A stretch of DNA of 41,184 nt, taken from Nitrospinota bacterium. Its GTDB lineage: Bacteria > UBA8248. The position numbers and the translations under genes were made by a program. The notes below the pieces were generated by a model. That model saw only the letters and a list, made by a program, of their open reading frames with translations, was not told where the DNA came from and searched no databases. The stretch lies in NCBI GenBank assembly GCA_046581755.1, contig JAYGFR010000381.1, positions 1 to 41,184 of the forward strand, in the 5' to 3' direction. This document shows positions 30,788 to 39,541 of this stretch, one piece after another; positions within the stretch are counted from its first letter, which is position 1, and each line of letters starts with the position of its first letter.

Positions 30788-31146
30788 GAGATCTGGGCGA
30801 GCGGCTAGAGGACATTCTCGAGGCCATCGGCCACATCGAGCGGTACGCCGCGCGGGGAAGGGCCGCGTTCGAGAACGACGAACTCATTCAAAACTGGTTT
30901 GTCAGGCACTTGCAAGTCATCGGCGAAGCCGTGCGGGCGCTGTCCGATGAGGTGCGTAATGCGGAGCCAGAAATCCCCTGGTCGAAAATCATCGGCATGC
31001 GGCACATCCTCGTCCACGACTACTTCAGCATCGACACCGAAACCGTCTGGAGTGCGATTGAGCGGGACCTGCCGGAACTCAAGCGAAAGATCGCGGCGGT
31101 GGCGGTTCTCTTCGGGGCGGACCTGATCTGGGCGGCCTGGCCTTGA
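30784..31146 (+). CDS. HEPN/DUF86 toxin (HepT-like) with atypical C-terminal tail
   Basis: ATGA overlap with [27 protein letters not shown] (RX4HXY). Confidence 0.9.
   Translation: MRDLGERLEDILEAIGHIERYAARGRAAFENDELIQNWFVRHLQVIGEAVRALSDEVRNAEPEIPWSKIIGMRHILVHDYFSIDTETVWSAIERDLPELKRKIAAVAVLFGADLIWAAWP
31096..31136 (+). repeat. 41-bp direct repeat, copy 1 (39/41 identical to 31595-31635)
   Basis: GCGGTGGCGGTTCTCTTCGGGGCG-GA-CCTGATCTGGGCGGC. Confidence 0.9.
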
Positions 31147-31258
31147 GTTCTCCCATCACGTCAAGCCCCCCCCTGCAAGAAGGGAACGCCCTCCCCCATC
31201 TCGCCATCCCCTCCTCCAAGGCCCATAATGCATTTGAGGGAGATTACTCCCGCGCCGG

Positions 31259-31645
31259 TTGGGAGGGATTTACTTGCTGTGGGTCCTCGTGCTGCTGGGG
31301 ATTTTGATTTGCGCGCTGGGCGGGGCGGGGATGGTTTCGCCGGGGCGGATGGTGCGCTTCGTCGCGCACATGAAGTCGCGGACGGGGCTCTACGCGGCGT
31401 CGACCCTCCGCCTGGGGATGGGGGCGGTGATGCTCATCGCGGCGGCGGGCTCACGGGCGCCGCTCTATCTTCGCATATTGGGGTGGGTGACGATCGCGGC
31501 GGGACTGGGCTTGCCGCTTCTGGGCCAGCGGCGCTACGAGGCGCTTTTGGCGTGGTGGATTGAGCGGCCGGAGAGTTATCAGCGAAGCCAGGCTGCGGTG
31601 GCGGTTCTCTTCGGGGCGAGCCTGATCTGGGCGGCTTTCACCTGA
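31259..31645 (+). CDS. Small multi-TM membrane protein of unknown function
   Basis: Four hydrophobic segments and GC-typical codons; TTG start uncertain. Confidence 0.65.
   Translation: MGGIYLLWVLVLLGILICALGGAGMVSPGRMVRFVAHMKSRTGLYAASTLRLGMGAVMLIAAAGSRAPLYLRILGWVTIAAGLGLPLLGQRRYEALLAWWIERPESYQRSQAAVAVLFGASLIWAAFT
31595..31635 (+). repeat. 41-bp direct repeat, copy 2
   Basis: GCGGTGGCGGTTCTCTTCGGGGCG-AG-CCTGATCTGGGCGGC. Confidence 0.9.
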
Positions 31646-31697
31646 ATTCCCGCGCTCACCCAACGGCCTCCGACATCCCGGGGAGACATTCCGAACT

Positions 31698-32108
31698 CTA
31701 GAACTCGGGATAGGAGGTTTTCTTTTTAAAAAGAAGCATTTCGAGGCCCCATATTTTCGATCCATGAGCGATCAGGATGAGGAAGGCCGCGAGGAACAGG
31801 AGGGCGAGCTCTCCCTGGTTTTCGTTCGGGACCGGGCCCCGGGGGACATGCACCTTGAAATAAGCGGCCACCATCTCCGCCGCGCCCGCAAGGGCGGCCA
31901 GGCGGGTCAGGATGCCCAGGGCGATGGCCAGCCCGCCGAAGAGTTCGATGACGCCGGCCAACCCGAAAAGGCTGAACAATTCCACCGGCGGCCTGGCGGT
32001 GAACATCCCGAACAGTTTCTGGGCGCCATGCTGGGCAAACAATAAGCCGACGAATACTCTAAAAACAAAATAGAAATATTCGCTGGAATTTTCCAGAATT
32101 TTAGCCAT
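31698..32108 (-). CDS. DoxX family membrane protein
   Basis: RVFVGLLFAQHGAQKLFG, ELFGGLAIALGILTRLAA, EMVAAYFKVH, GELALL. Confidence 0.88.
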   Translation of the reverse strand: MAKILENSSEYFYFVFRVFVGLLFAQHGAQKLFGMFTARPPVELFSLFGLAGVIELFGGLAIALGILTRLAALAGAAEMVAAYFKVHVPRGPVPNENQGELALLFLAAFLILIAHGSKIWGLEMLLFKKKTSYPEF

Positions 32109-32155
32109 TTCAAATCGCTCTCTCCGTGCGCGGAAATCCCGCTCGCGCCCGGAGG

Positions 32156-32704
32156 CTAGGTGGCGCCCGCCGAGAGGCGTTCGACTTCGGCACGGAGGCG
32201 GTTGATCTCCTCATCCGCCTTGAGGAGAGAGCCGACGGTTTGGTGGGCGACGTTGGCGAGCACCTTGGCCCGGAGGAGAGGGGCGTTGGTTTCGAGGATT
32301 CGCCGGCTCACGGTCAGAAAGGAGGTTTTCGTCTCGGCGCGAACGCTCGCGGTGCGGGGGATGCCTTCGATGAGGGCGATCTCGCCGAACACCTCGCCCT
32401 CCCCCAACCGGAGGTTGTGCTCTTCATCTCCGCCGGAGAGGACGATCACTTCGCCGGTGACGATGATGTACATGACGTTCCCCTCATCGCCCTTGCGGAA
32501 GATCATCTCGCCCGGCTCGGCCTTTTCGCTTTTGCATTGGTGGAGAAAAGCTTCGACCTCGCCCGCGTCCATTAAGAAGAAAAATAAGCAGGTCTCGATG
32601 AGGCGGTCGATGAGGGCCTTGAGCTCGGGCGACAGGGTCTTGTTGACTTCGTCCGATTTGGCGGAAGATTTTTCTCCGGACGGCTTCGGCTCCTGGGGGC
32701 TCAT
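32156..32704 (-). CDS. Cyclic nucleotide-binding domain protein with short C-terminal coiled coil
   Basis: IFRKGDEGNVMYIIVTGEV, GEVFGEIALIEGIPRTASVRA; GGAG RBS before ATG 32704. Confidence 0.85.
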   Translation of the reverse strand: MSPQEPKPSGEKSSAKSDEVNKTLSPELKALIDRLIETCLFFFLMDAGEVEAFLHQCKSEKAEPGEMIFRKGDEGNVMYIIVTGEVIVLSGGDEEHNLRLGEGEVFGEIALIEGIPRTASVRAETKTSFLTVSRRILETNAPLLRAKVLANVAHQTVGSLLKADEEINRLRAEVERLSAGAT

Positions 32705-33040
32705 GCGCGGTCTCCATGGAGATGCGGATAGCTGAATGGCTGGCGAAAGTATGCCATCCGATACGGGCCGGAGACAACCGCTCCATTGGGGAGGCGGGCG
32801 GGGGTTGCCGGTTTCTTGCCCCCGCCGATTCCACTTATAATCAGGAGCAATCCTGCTACCCCCTGAGAGGAGGTGCGCGCCATTCGGCCTGGCTCCCACC
32901 GCGGCCGCCGCCAAGGCGCTCGGGCCGGGGAGCACCCGGCCATCGGAGCCCGCCCCGAAGCCGCGGGTCTGCGGGTTCATACAGCCAATAAAACCGTTCA
33001 CCCAGGTGCCGTGAAAAAATTTTCAAGAGAGGAAGAAAAC

Positions 33041-33550
33041 ATGCGTAAGCGGACAGCGTTCACCGGCACGGCCATCGCGCTCATGTTCATGATCTCCGCA
33101 GCGGCCCCCGGCCCGGGCGAGGCTGATCATTGGGTTGGGCACAATCTTATCGAGAAGGCGAAAAAGACCGGCCAGAAAATCGGAAAAACCGTCAATGAAG
33201 CCGTTCAGAAAGCCAAAAAGAGCGGCGAAAAAGTCATTCAAGGGGCCAAACGCGCCGGCAGGAAGATCGGTGAAGGAGCCAAGGAAGCCGTTCAAGGAGT
33301 CAAAAAGGCCGGTGAAAAGGTGGTCCGGGACACCAAAAGCGCCGGAGGGAGTGTCACTAGAGGAGTTAAAAGCGTCGGCAAGAGTATCGGCAAGGGAGCC
33401 GATTTCATCGGCAAGAAAGTCGGCAAAGGCGTCCAACACATCGACAAGGGAATCCGCAAAGGCGCCGAGATCGCCGGCAAGGGCGGCAAATTCGTCGGCG
33501 ATAAAGCCGGAAAGGCAACCGAATTCCTTCGAGAGAAACTCGGCAAATGA
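33041..33550 (+). CDS. Secreted Lys/Gly-rich amphipathic-repeat protein (LEA/apolipoprotein-like)
   Basis: GAGGA RBS and signal peptide MRKRTAFTGTAIALMFMISAAA. Mature region is built of ~11-residue repeats such as KAKKSGEKVIQ and GVKKAGEKVVR. Confidence 0.7.
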   Translation: MRKRTAFTGTAIALMFMISAAAPGPGEADHWVGHNLIEKAKKTGQKIGKTVNEAVQKAKKSGEKVIQGAKRAGRKIGEGAKEAVQGVKKAGEKVVRDTKSAGGSVTRGVKSVGKSIGKGADFIGKKVGKGVQHIDKGIRKGAEIAGKGGKFVGDKAGKATEFLREKLGK

Positions 33551-33729
33551 GCCGTACGGGCAGGCGGAACCCAAAGGGGCCTGAATCGGGCAACCGGCGG
33601 GTCCTGCGGGGGGCATGGTTCAACCACGGCTGCGATTCAATCTACTTCCGGGCCTCCCGCCGGTTCTGGGTCGATCCCCTCACCAGGGACAGCACCCGGG
33701 GCTTTTACTGGGCGAAGGGTTTGGAGTAG
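33547..33729 (+). pseudogene. C-terminal remnant of an FGE-sulfatase/SUMF1 domain protein
   Basis: NPKGPESGNRRVLRGAW...RASRRFWVDPLTRDSTRGF matches the P-GP..G..RV.RGGSW...R...P..R....GFR end of the family, but is degenerate. Confidence 0.65.
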
Positions 33730-33783
33730 CACGGGTCCGGATCGTCATTCCGGGCGCTTCGGCCGATCCCGGACAAAGCTCCG

Positions 33784-34557
33784 CTACATCCATTCGGTTT
33801 CGGCGGGCAGGCGGCCTCCGATGAAGTTAAAGATGATGGCGTCCTCGCCCCCCTCGTTTTCCACATGGTGGACCGCCCCGCCGGGCACGTGGACCATATC
33901 CCCCGGCCCGGCCACAAATTCGTCATCGTCGATATAAAAATGAAGCCGCCCCCCGAGCATGAGGGTGGCCTCGTCCACCTCGCCGAGATGGCGGTGGGTT
34001 TCGGGCCGCGCGCCCGGCGCGAAGGAAAGGATTCGGAGTTCGAGGAATTCGGTCGAAAAAACCGCGGGCAGACCCGTTTGCTTGATAGTGGCCGGGTCGA
34101 AGCGGCCCATCATGTCGAGCGCGTTTCCCTGAATGTAAGACACCGGTGTCCGGGCGGGGTTCCCGACGGTCTCGGGGTCGGGGTTCGGCGGGGGATCGCC
34201 TCCAGGGAGAATGAACTGGGAGGGCATCCGCCCGCCCCGGAAATTGAATTCGATCAGGCCGTCCCCGCCGATGTTTTTCATGTGGTGCATCCCGCCGCGC
34301 GGGTTGAGGAGGACGTTTCCCTTTTCGATATGAAACGTCTCGCCGCCGTTGTGGATGAGGCCGCGCCCGCCGTAGATGAGGTAGCCCTCGTCCATCTCGG
34401 TGTGGTGGGCATGATAGGGCGGGTAGACACCGGGCTCGAGGAGGATGACCCGGACCTCCAGATTAGGCGTGTTGATCGGGATGGGGGAGCCGCCGGCGGC
34501 GGCCGCCTCTTCTTCATAGGTCCACTTGAGGTCTTCGATATTTCCGATGAGGGGCAT
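33784..34557 (-). CDS. Bicupin (two cupin domains)
   Basis: HAHHTEMDE...PRGGMHHMKN and HRHLGEVDE...VPGGAVHHVEN; AGGAG RBS. Confidence 0.82.
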   Translation of the reverse strand: MPLIGNIEDLKWTYEEEAAAAGGSPIPINTPNLEVRVILLEPGVYPPYHAHHTEMDEGYLIYGGRGLIHNGGETFHIEKGNVLLNPRGGMHHMKNIGGDGLIEFNFRGGRMPSQFILPGGDPPPNPDPETVGNPARTPVSYIQGNALDMMGRFDPATIKQTGLPAVFSTEFLELRILSFAPGARPETHRHLGEVDEATLMLGGRLHFYIDDDEFVAGPGDMVHVPGGAVHHVENEGGEDAIIFNFIGGRLPAETEWM

Positions 34558-34657
34558 CTCCGCTCCTTTCCGGAAGTTATTTGCCCGAGAATCCGCCCGC
34601 CTGGAAAAACAGGCGAAACTCCGAATCCGCCATCAAAGGGCCAACGCGGCCCCTTCC

Positions 34658-34987
34658 TTACTTCATGGCGGCGACATGGGCCGCCAGATTCTTGAGCGCC
34701 TCGCCCCGGATATTGGGAAACCGGGGCATGGCCCGGTAGCCGCTCTGAACCCGGAGGCGAATAAGGTCCCGGGCGAGGTCCCGGCCCCGGAGGCGCGGGT
34801 TGCCCCCCTTGCCATTACCCACAAGCCCGTGGCAGCGGGCGCAGGCCTCACCATAAACGATCCGCCCGTCCGCCGATGAGGGCGAGGTGCGATCCTCGGG
34901 GGGGGCGATGAGAAGCTGGGCCACCCAGATACCGACCCCGGCGGTGAGCGCGACGGCCACGAGGAGGAGGAGGGTTTTGCGCTTCAC
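34658..34987 (-). CDS. Small monoheme class I cytochrome c with N-terminal signal/anchor
   Basis: CARCHG heme motif and distal AMP Met ligand; hydrophobic N-terminus. Confidence 0.85.
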   Translation of the reverse strand: MKRKTLLLLVAVALTAGVGIWVAQLLIAPPEDRTSPSSADGRIVYGEACARCHGLVGNGKGGNPRLRGRDLARDLIRLRVQSGYRAMPRFPNIRGEALKNLAAHVAAMK

Positions 34988-35015
34988 CGGAAAAATCCTC
35001 GCCGCCGAACCGGGC

Positions 35016-35480
35016 CTATGGCTTGACTTGCAGGGTGAGGACGGTTTCGACCGGGGCGTCGAAAGTGAGTTCGTTGATGTTCAGCGCCGCTCGGGCGTGG
35101 CGGCCGCGCTCCTCGCCCAGGACCTCGATGAGGAGGTCGGAGGCGCCGTTGACGACCCAGGGAGCCTCATTGAAGCCGGGCGCGCTGTTGACATAGCCGA
35201 TGAGGCGGACCACCCGCTCGATGCGGTCCAGATCACCGAGGACGGACTTGGCCATGGCGAGGTGGTTCAGGGTGCACAGGCGCGCGGACTGGTAGCCCTC
35301 CTCGACGCTGATGCCGGCGCCGAGCTTGCCCTGATAAACGAGGTTGTCCTTGATTTTACCGATGGTGCCCGAGAGGTAGAGGATTTCGCCAACAAGGACG
35401 CCGGGAATATAGTTGGCCACGGCGTCGGGCACGGGGGGCAGTTCCAACCCGAGTTCGCCCAGCCGCTCTTCGATGCCCAT
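35016..35480 (-). CDS. RidA/YjgF/YER057c family protein
   Basis: MGIEERLGELGLELPP...ANY, VVNGASDLLIEVLGEERGRHARAA, PVE; GGAGG RBS. Confidence 0.9.
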   Translation of the reverse strand: MGIEERLGELGLELPPVPDAVANYIPGVLVGEILYLSGTIGKIKDNLVYQGKLGAGISVEEGYQSARLCTLNHLAMAKSVLGDLDRIERVVRLIGYVNSAPGFNEAPWVVNGASDLLIEVLGEERGRHARAALNINELTFDAPVETVLTLQVKP

Positions 35481-35497
35481 GGGGGGTCCCTCCAGGC

Positions 35498-36499
35498 CTA
35501 GTGCAAGAAGCAGCGGACGAAATGATTGGGCGAAACTTCCTTGAGTTCGGGCTCGTTTTCCAGGCACATCCCGAACACTTCGGGGCAGCGGGGGTTGAAG
35601 GTGCACCCGGTGGGCAGGCGGTGAAGGCTCGGCACGACGCCGGGAATCTCCTGCAGGCGGCCCTGCTCCTTGTCGGTGGCCGAGGTGCGCAGCTTGGGAA
35701 TCGAGTTGAGCAGCCCAATCGTGTAAGGGTGCATCGGGTTCGCGAAAATCTCATCGACCGGCGCATTCTCGACGATCTTTCCCGCGTACATGACGACGAC
35801 GCGCTGGCAGGTCTCGGCCACGAGCCCCAGGTCGTGGGTAATCATGATGATGGCGGTGCCGAGGTCGTCCTTGAGCTTAAACATGAGATCGAGAATCTGC
35901 GCCTGAATGGTGACGTCCAGGGCCGTCGTGGGCTCGTCGGCGAGGAGAATCTTCGGGTTGCACGAAAGGGCCATGGCGATCATGACCCGCTGGCGCATGC
36001 CGCCCGAAAGCTGGTGCGGGTATTCCTTCACGCGCTGGCGCGGAAGGGGGATGCCCACCAGGTCGAGCATTTCGGCGGCCTTGTCCATGGCATTTTTTTT
36101 CGAGAGCCCCTGGTGGAGCATGACGGCCTCGGCGATCTGAAAGCCGATGGTGAACACCGGGTTGAGGCTGGTCATGGGCTCTTGGAATATCATGGAAATT
36201 TTGTTGCCCCGGATTTTGCGAAGCTCACGGGTCGGAAGCTGAGTGAGATCCTCCCCCTCGAAAAAGATACCGTCGCCCGTAATGCGGCCCGGAGGCTCGG
36301 GAATGAGCCGCAGGATGGAAAGCGCGGTGACGGATTTTCCGCAGCCCGACTCGCCGACCACCCCGAGCGTCTCGCCGGCATGGAGGTCGTAGGTCACCCC
36401 GTCCACGGCCTTCACTACGCCGTCGGGGGTGTGAAAGTGCGTTTTCAAGTTTTTGATTTCGAGAATCGCTTCAGCACCCGCATAATTCCCTGGGGACAT
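35498..36499 (-). CDS. dppD: Peptide/nickel ABC transporter ATP-binding protein (DppD/OppD type)
   Basis: [44 protein letters not shown] and C-terminal GCTFNPRC...C...C. Confidence 0.9.
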   Translation of the reverse strand: MSPGNYAGAEAILEIKNLKTHFHTPDGVVKAVDGVTYDLHAGETLGVVGESGCGKSVTALSILRLIPEPPGRITGDGIFFEGEDLTQLPTRELRKIRGNKISMIFQEPMTSLNPVFTIGFQIAEAVMLHQGLSKKNAMDKAAEMLDLVGIPLPRQRVKEYPHQLSGGMRQRVMIAMALSCNPKILLADEPTTALDVTIQAQILDLMFKLKDDLGTAIIMITHDLGLVAETCQRVVVMYAGKIVENAPVDEIFANPMHPYTIGLLNSIPKLRTSATDKEQGRLQEIPGVVPSLHRLPTGCTFNPRCPEVFGMCLENEPELKEVSPNHFVRCFLH

Positions 36500-36552
36500 C
36501 GCTTCACTCCTATAAAAGGCCCTGCGGAACCGGATGAGTAGTACTTTGGGAG

Positions 36553-36582
36553 ATTATAGGAGGGTGGGCGATGGAATGTCCA
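36553..36582 (-). promoter_or_regulatory. Putative sigma70 promoter for the ABC ATPase gene
   Basis: TGGACA-18 nt-TATAAT on the minus strand. Confidence 0.5.
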
Positions 36583-36688
36583 CCGGAGAGCCCTCCAAGG
36601 GTTTACCCTCAACTCCGCCCTTGTCCCGGACGCGCCCGGGGTGGCATCATGAATGCGTTGCGGTTGCTCTGGCCATGGAGGATATCCG

Positions 36689-37528
36689 GTGATATTTCGA
36701 CGCACCTTCGCGATTTCCCTCTTCGCCCTCCTCCCCCTTTCGGCCGGCTGCGGGTCGAGCGGCGACATCGGATGGAATTTCCGGCCTCCCTCGGGGGTGA
36801 CTTCGCACACCTCGGATAAATTCCGCGATACCCCCATCAAGCGAATCGCCGTCCTCCCCTTCCGGAACGAATCGGGGGTGGAGAACGCGGGCGTCAAATT
36901 AGCGAATTTCTTCTACGAGGGCCTCGCGCCCTCCTCCCGGTACGAGGTCCAGCCCCCGCCCGTTGTTCCGGACATCGGCGATGTCCAAATCGAGTTCCGG
37001 CTGCGGGGCGCCCAGCCCAGGAGAGGCCGCAACCAGGTGAATGACACCTCCTGGCTGGTGGACAAGGTGAACCGCTTTATTTCGATCGTTCAACCCTACA
37101 TAACGAATCTCAAGATGACCTATCCGGGCGAGTACTTCGAGGGCAGCGCCGAACCCGCCGCCCCGGAAACCATCCAGGGAACGGTGGCAAAATCCTCGGG
37201 CGGCACCACGGACGACCGGCCCCTCGACGCCATCCTCACCGGGGTCGTCACCAAATACCGGAACCGCTCCGGGGGAGCGCTCATCGGCGACCAGGGGTCC
37301 CACGTGACCTACACCGCTTATCTCGTGAGCACCAAAAATGGGGATATCCTCTGGGAAGCGACTTTTAACGAGGAACAGATTTTCCTGATGGACAACCTCC
37401 TCCTGCTTCCCCGCTACGCAGAGCACGGTCTCATCTGGCAGAAAAACGATCAGCTCGCCCGGAGCGGGCTCAAGCGCGTCCTGGCAACCTTCCCCGGCCT
37501 TTTGGAAAATACCGGGAAAACACCCTAG
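36689..37528 (+). CDS. Outer-envelope lipoprotein (PelC/CsgG-like alpha/beta fold, tentative)
   Basis: GGAGG RBS and GTG; lipobox SAGC; KRIAVLPFRNES...DAILTGVVTKY...LVSTKNGDILW. Confidence 0.7.
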   Translation: MIFRRTFAISLFALLPLSAGCGSSGDIGWNFRPPSGVTSHTSDKFRDTPIKRIAVLPFRNESGVENAGVKLANFFYEGLAPSSRYEVQPPPVVPDIGDVQIEFRLRGAQPRRGRNQVNDTSWLVDKVNRFISIVQPYITNLKMTYPGEYFEGSAEPAAPETIQGTVAKSSGGTTDDRPLDAILTGVVTKYRNRSGGALIGDQGSHVTYTAYLVSTKNGDILWEATFNEEQIFLMDNLLLLPRYAEHGLIWQKNDQLARSGLKRVLATFPGLLENTGKTP

Positions 37529-37579
37529 CCCGCCAAGACCGCCTTCGATTCAAAAACCGCTCCTTGAGACAGAAAAGGG

Positions 37580-37609
37580 TTGCCAAAAACAACCTCATCC
37601 AACTACAAT
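37580..37609 (+). promoter_or_regulatory. Putative sigma70 promoter for the TPR-LysM gene
   Basis: TTGCCA-18 nt-TACAAT. Confidence 0.5.
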
Positions 37610-37660
37610 AAAAACAATTAGTTCGTTGGCACTGCTCTCCGCCGCGGGAAGTGCTTTCAG

Positions 37661-39526
37661 ATGTTGCCAAAATTTCAGCAGAACCCCAGCACCGCCGCCC
37701 TCCGGCTGGCGGGATTTATCCTCACCGGATTAATGGCCCTGCCGTCCCCCCTCTGGGCCGGTCAGGCAACCCCCGCTCCGGGAGCGGCCGGGCCCCCGCC
37801 CGTAACGGGCGACATCACGCGGACCCCCCTTCCCCCCCTCTCGCGGGGCGGGCGAATCGACCCCCTCCGCAGTGGGCCGAAAATGTCCTCCCAGGAAGCC
37901 CGGCTGAGCCGTGACCGTTGCAATCGGGCGGTTCACATCGTCAAGCAGGCCAACGATTTCCGCGACGAGAGCCCACTCACCGTCAGCTATCTCAAGCGGG
38001 CCCTCAATCTGTGCCCGGGCCAACCCGAGGCCAATTTCCGCATGGGCGTCATCTCCTATCATAAAAAACAGATCGACGTGGCGATCAAATCCTTCGAGCG
38101 CTCCGTCAAGAGCGACCCCAATTTTGTCGATGGCTACTTCAACCTGGGCATCATCTACCGGAGGCGGACCAAGCCCAAGGCCGCCAAAAAATACTTCGAA
38201 ACGGCGGTCAAACGGGACCCCCGGGACGCCCTGTCCCACTACAATCTCGGCGTCCTGCAATACATGGCCCTCGACCGGCTCCGGGCGCAGGCCTCGTTCA
38301 TGAAGGCCATCGCGGCGGATTCGAACCTGGCCGAGCCTCATTTCTTCCTCGGCGCCATGTACCAGGAACAAGGTGAGCGGCAAAAAGCCAAAAAGGAACT
38401 TCGCAAAACCATCCAGCTTAATTCCGGCCTCGCCCTCCCCCGCGTATTCCTGTCGGCCATCCTGGAAACCGAAGGCGAAAGCCGGAAGGCCCAGCGCGAA
38501 CTCGACCAGGCCATATCCATCAACCCCGCCTCGGTCAACGTCGGCTACGGGCTTGAGGAATTCTATTTCAACGAGGGAAAAAGCAACGCCATCCTCACCC
38601 ATGTCCGCAAGATGAAAACAATGCCCGCCAATAAACGGGGGGCGCGGGCATTGACGGTGGCCAAAATGCCCCCTCCCAAGAGGCTTCAGGCCAAAAAAAT
38701 TCTCCCGGGGCAGAAAATACCGGCCCCGAAGCGTGGAGGAAGTTTCGGGCCAGGCAGGGAAGCCCGGGAAATTCCGATCGGCCGGAAAGCGCCCGCACGG
38801 CGGCAAATGGCGGCGAGGAGAAATTTTCCGGGCGCGCGGGCAATGCCCCCCGAACCCAAGCCCGCCCCTTCGCTGGACCCGAAGGCTCCCGGCTCCTACC
38901 GGATCCGGCCGGGCGACACCATGGGCATCGTCGCCAGACGGTTCGGCACCACTTCCGCGATTTTGATGGGCCTCAACACGAACCGCATCGAACATCCCAG
39001 CGTCCTCGAGATCGGCGATGTCATCCGCGTTCCTAAAAAGTCCAAACTCCGGAAAAAGCGGCGCAGGCGCCGAAGGGGGCGCCGGAGAATTTCGAAAAGA
39101 CGAGGGAGAAGGCGCTCTTCATTGAAAAGAAAATCCCGGCGAAGAGCCAGGCGCCGCCGGAGTCGCGTGAAGTACCGGCCCTACAGAGTCCGGCGGGGAG
39201 ACACCCTCTCAAAAATCGCGCGGCGCCTCAAGACCAGTCCCAAGACGCTGATGCGCATCAACCGGGGAACTATCGAACACCCAAGTTTTCTGGAGGTGGG
39301 GACGAAAATTCGGATTCCGACCCGGCGGGCAAAGAAGAGGGTCCGGAAAAAACGCCGAAAAGGGAGGAGCCGGCGAAGGAGGGCCACCCGGAATTCCCGA
39401 AAGCGGCGAACCGCCAAGCGGAACCTCCGCAATCGGCAAACCACCCGGAGAAAACCCGCGCCGCGAAAAAGAACCTCGAAGAAAAAACCCGGCTCTCGCC
39501 AGGACACCCTGTCCACCCGGAAATAG
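37661..39526 (+). CDS. Exported TPR protein with two LysM domains and Arg/Lys-rich tracts
   Basis: Signal-like N-terminus; ~6 TPRs (e.g. GYFNLGIIY, SHYNLGVLQ); LysM motifs YRIRPGDTMGIVARRFG and YRVRRGDTLSKIARRL. Confidence 0.85.
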   Translation: MLPKFQQNPSTAALRLAGFILTGLMALPSPLWAGQATPAPGAAGPPPVTGDITRTPLPPLSRGGRIDPLRSGPKMSSQEARLSRDRCNRAVHIVKQANDFRDESPLTVSYLKRALNLCPGQPEANFRMGVISYHKKQIDVAIKSFERSVKSDPNFVDGYFNLGIIYRRRTKPKAAKKYFETAVKRDPRDALSHYNLGVLQYMALDRLRAQASFMKAIAADSNLAEPHFFLGAMYQEQGERQKAKKELRKTIQLNSGLALPRVFLSAILETEGESRKAQRELDQAISINPASVNVGYGLEEFYFNEGKSNAILTHVRKMKTMPANKRGARALTVAKMPPPKRLQAKKILPGQKIPAPKRGGSFGPGREAREIPIGRKAPARRQMAARRNFPGARAMPPEPKPAPSLDPKAPGSYRIRPGDTMGIVARRFGTTSAILMGLNTNRIEHPSVLEIGDVIRVPKKSKLRKKRRRRRRGRRRISKRRGRRRSSLKRKSRRRARRRRSRVKYRPYRVRRGDTLSKIARRLKTSPKTLMRINRGTIEHPSFLEVGTKIRIPTRRAKKRVRKKRRKGRSRRRRATRNSRKRRTAKRNLRNRQTTRRKPAPRKRTSKKKPGSRQDTLSTRK

Positions 39527-39541
39527 GCGGCCACCACCGGC

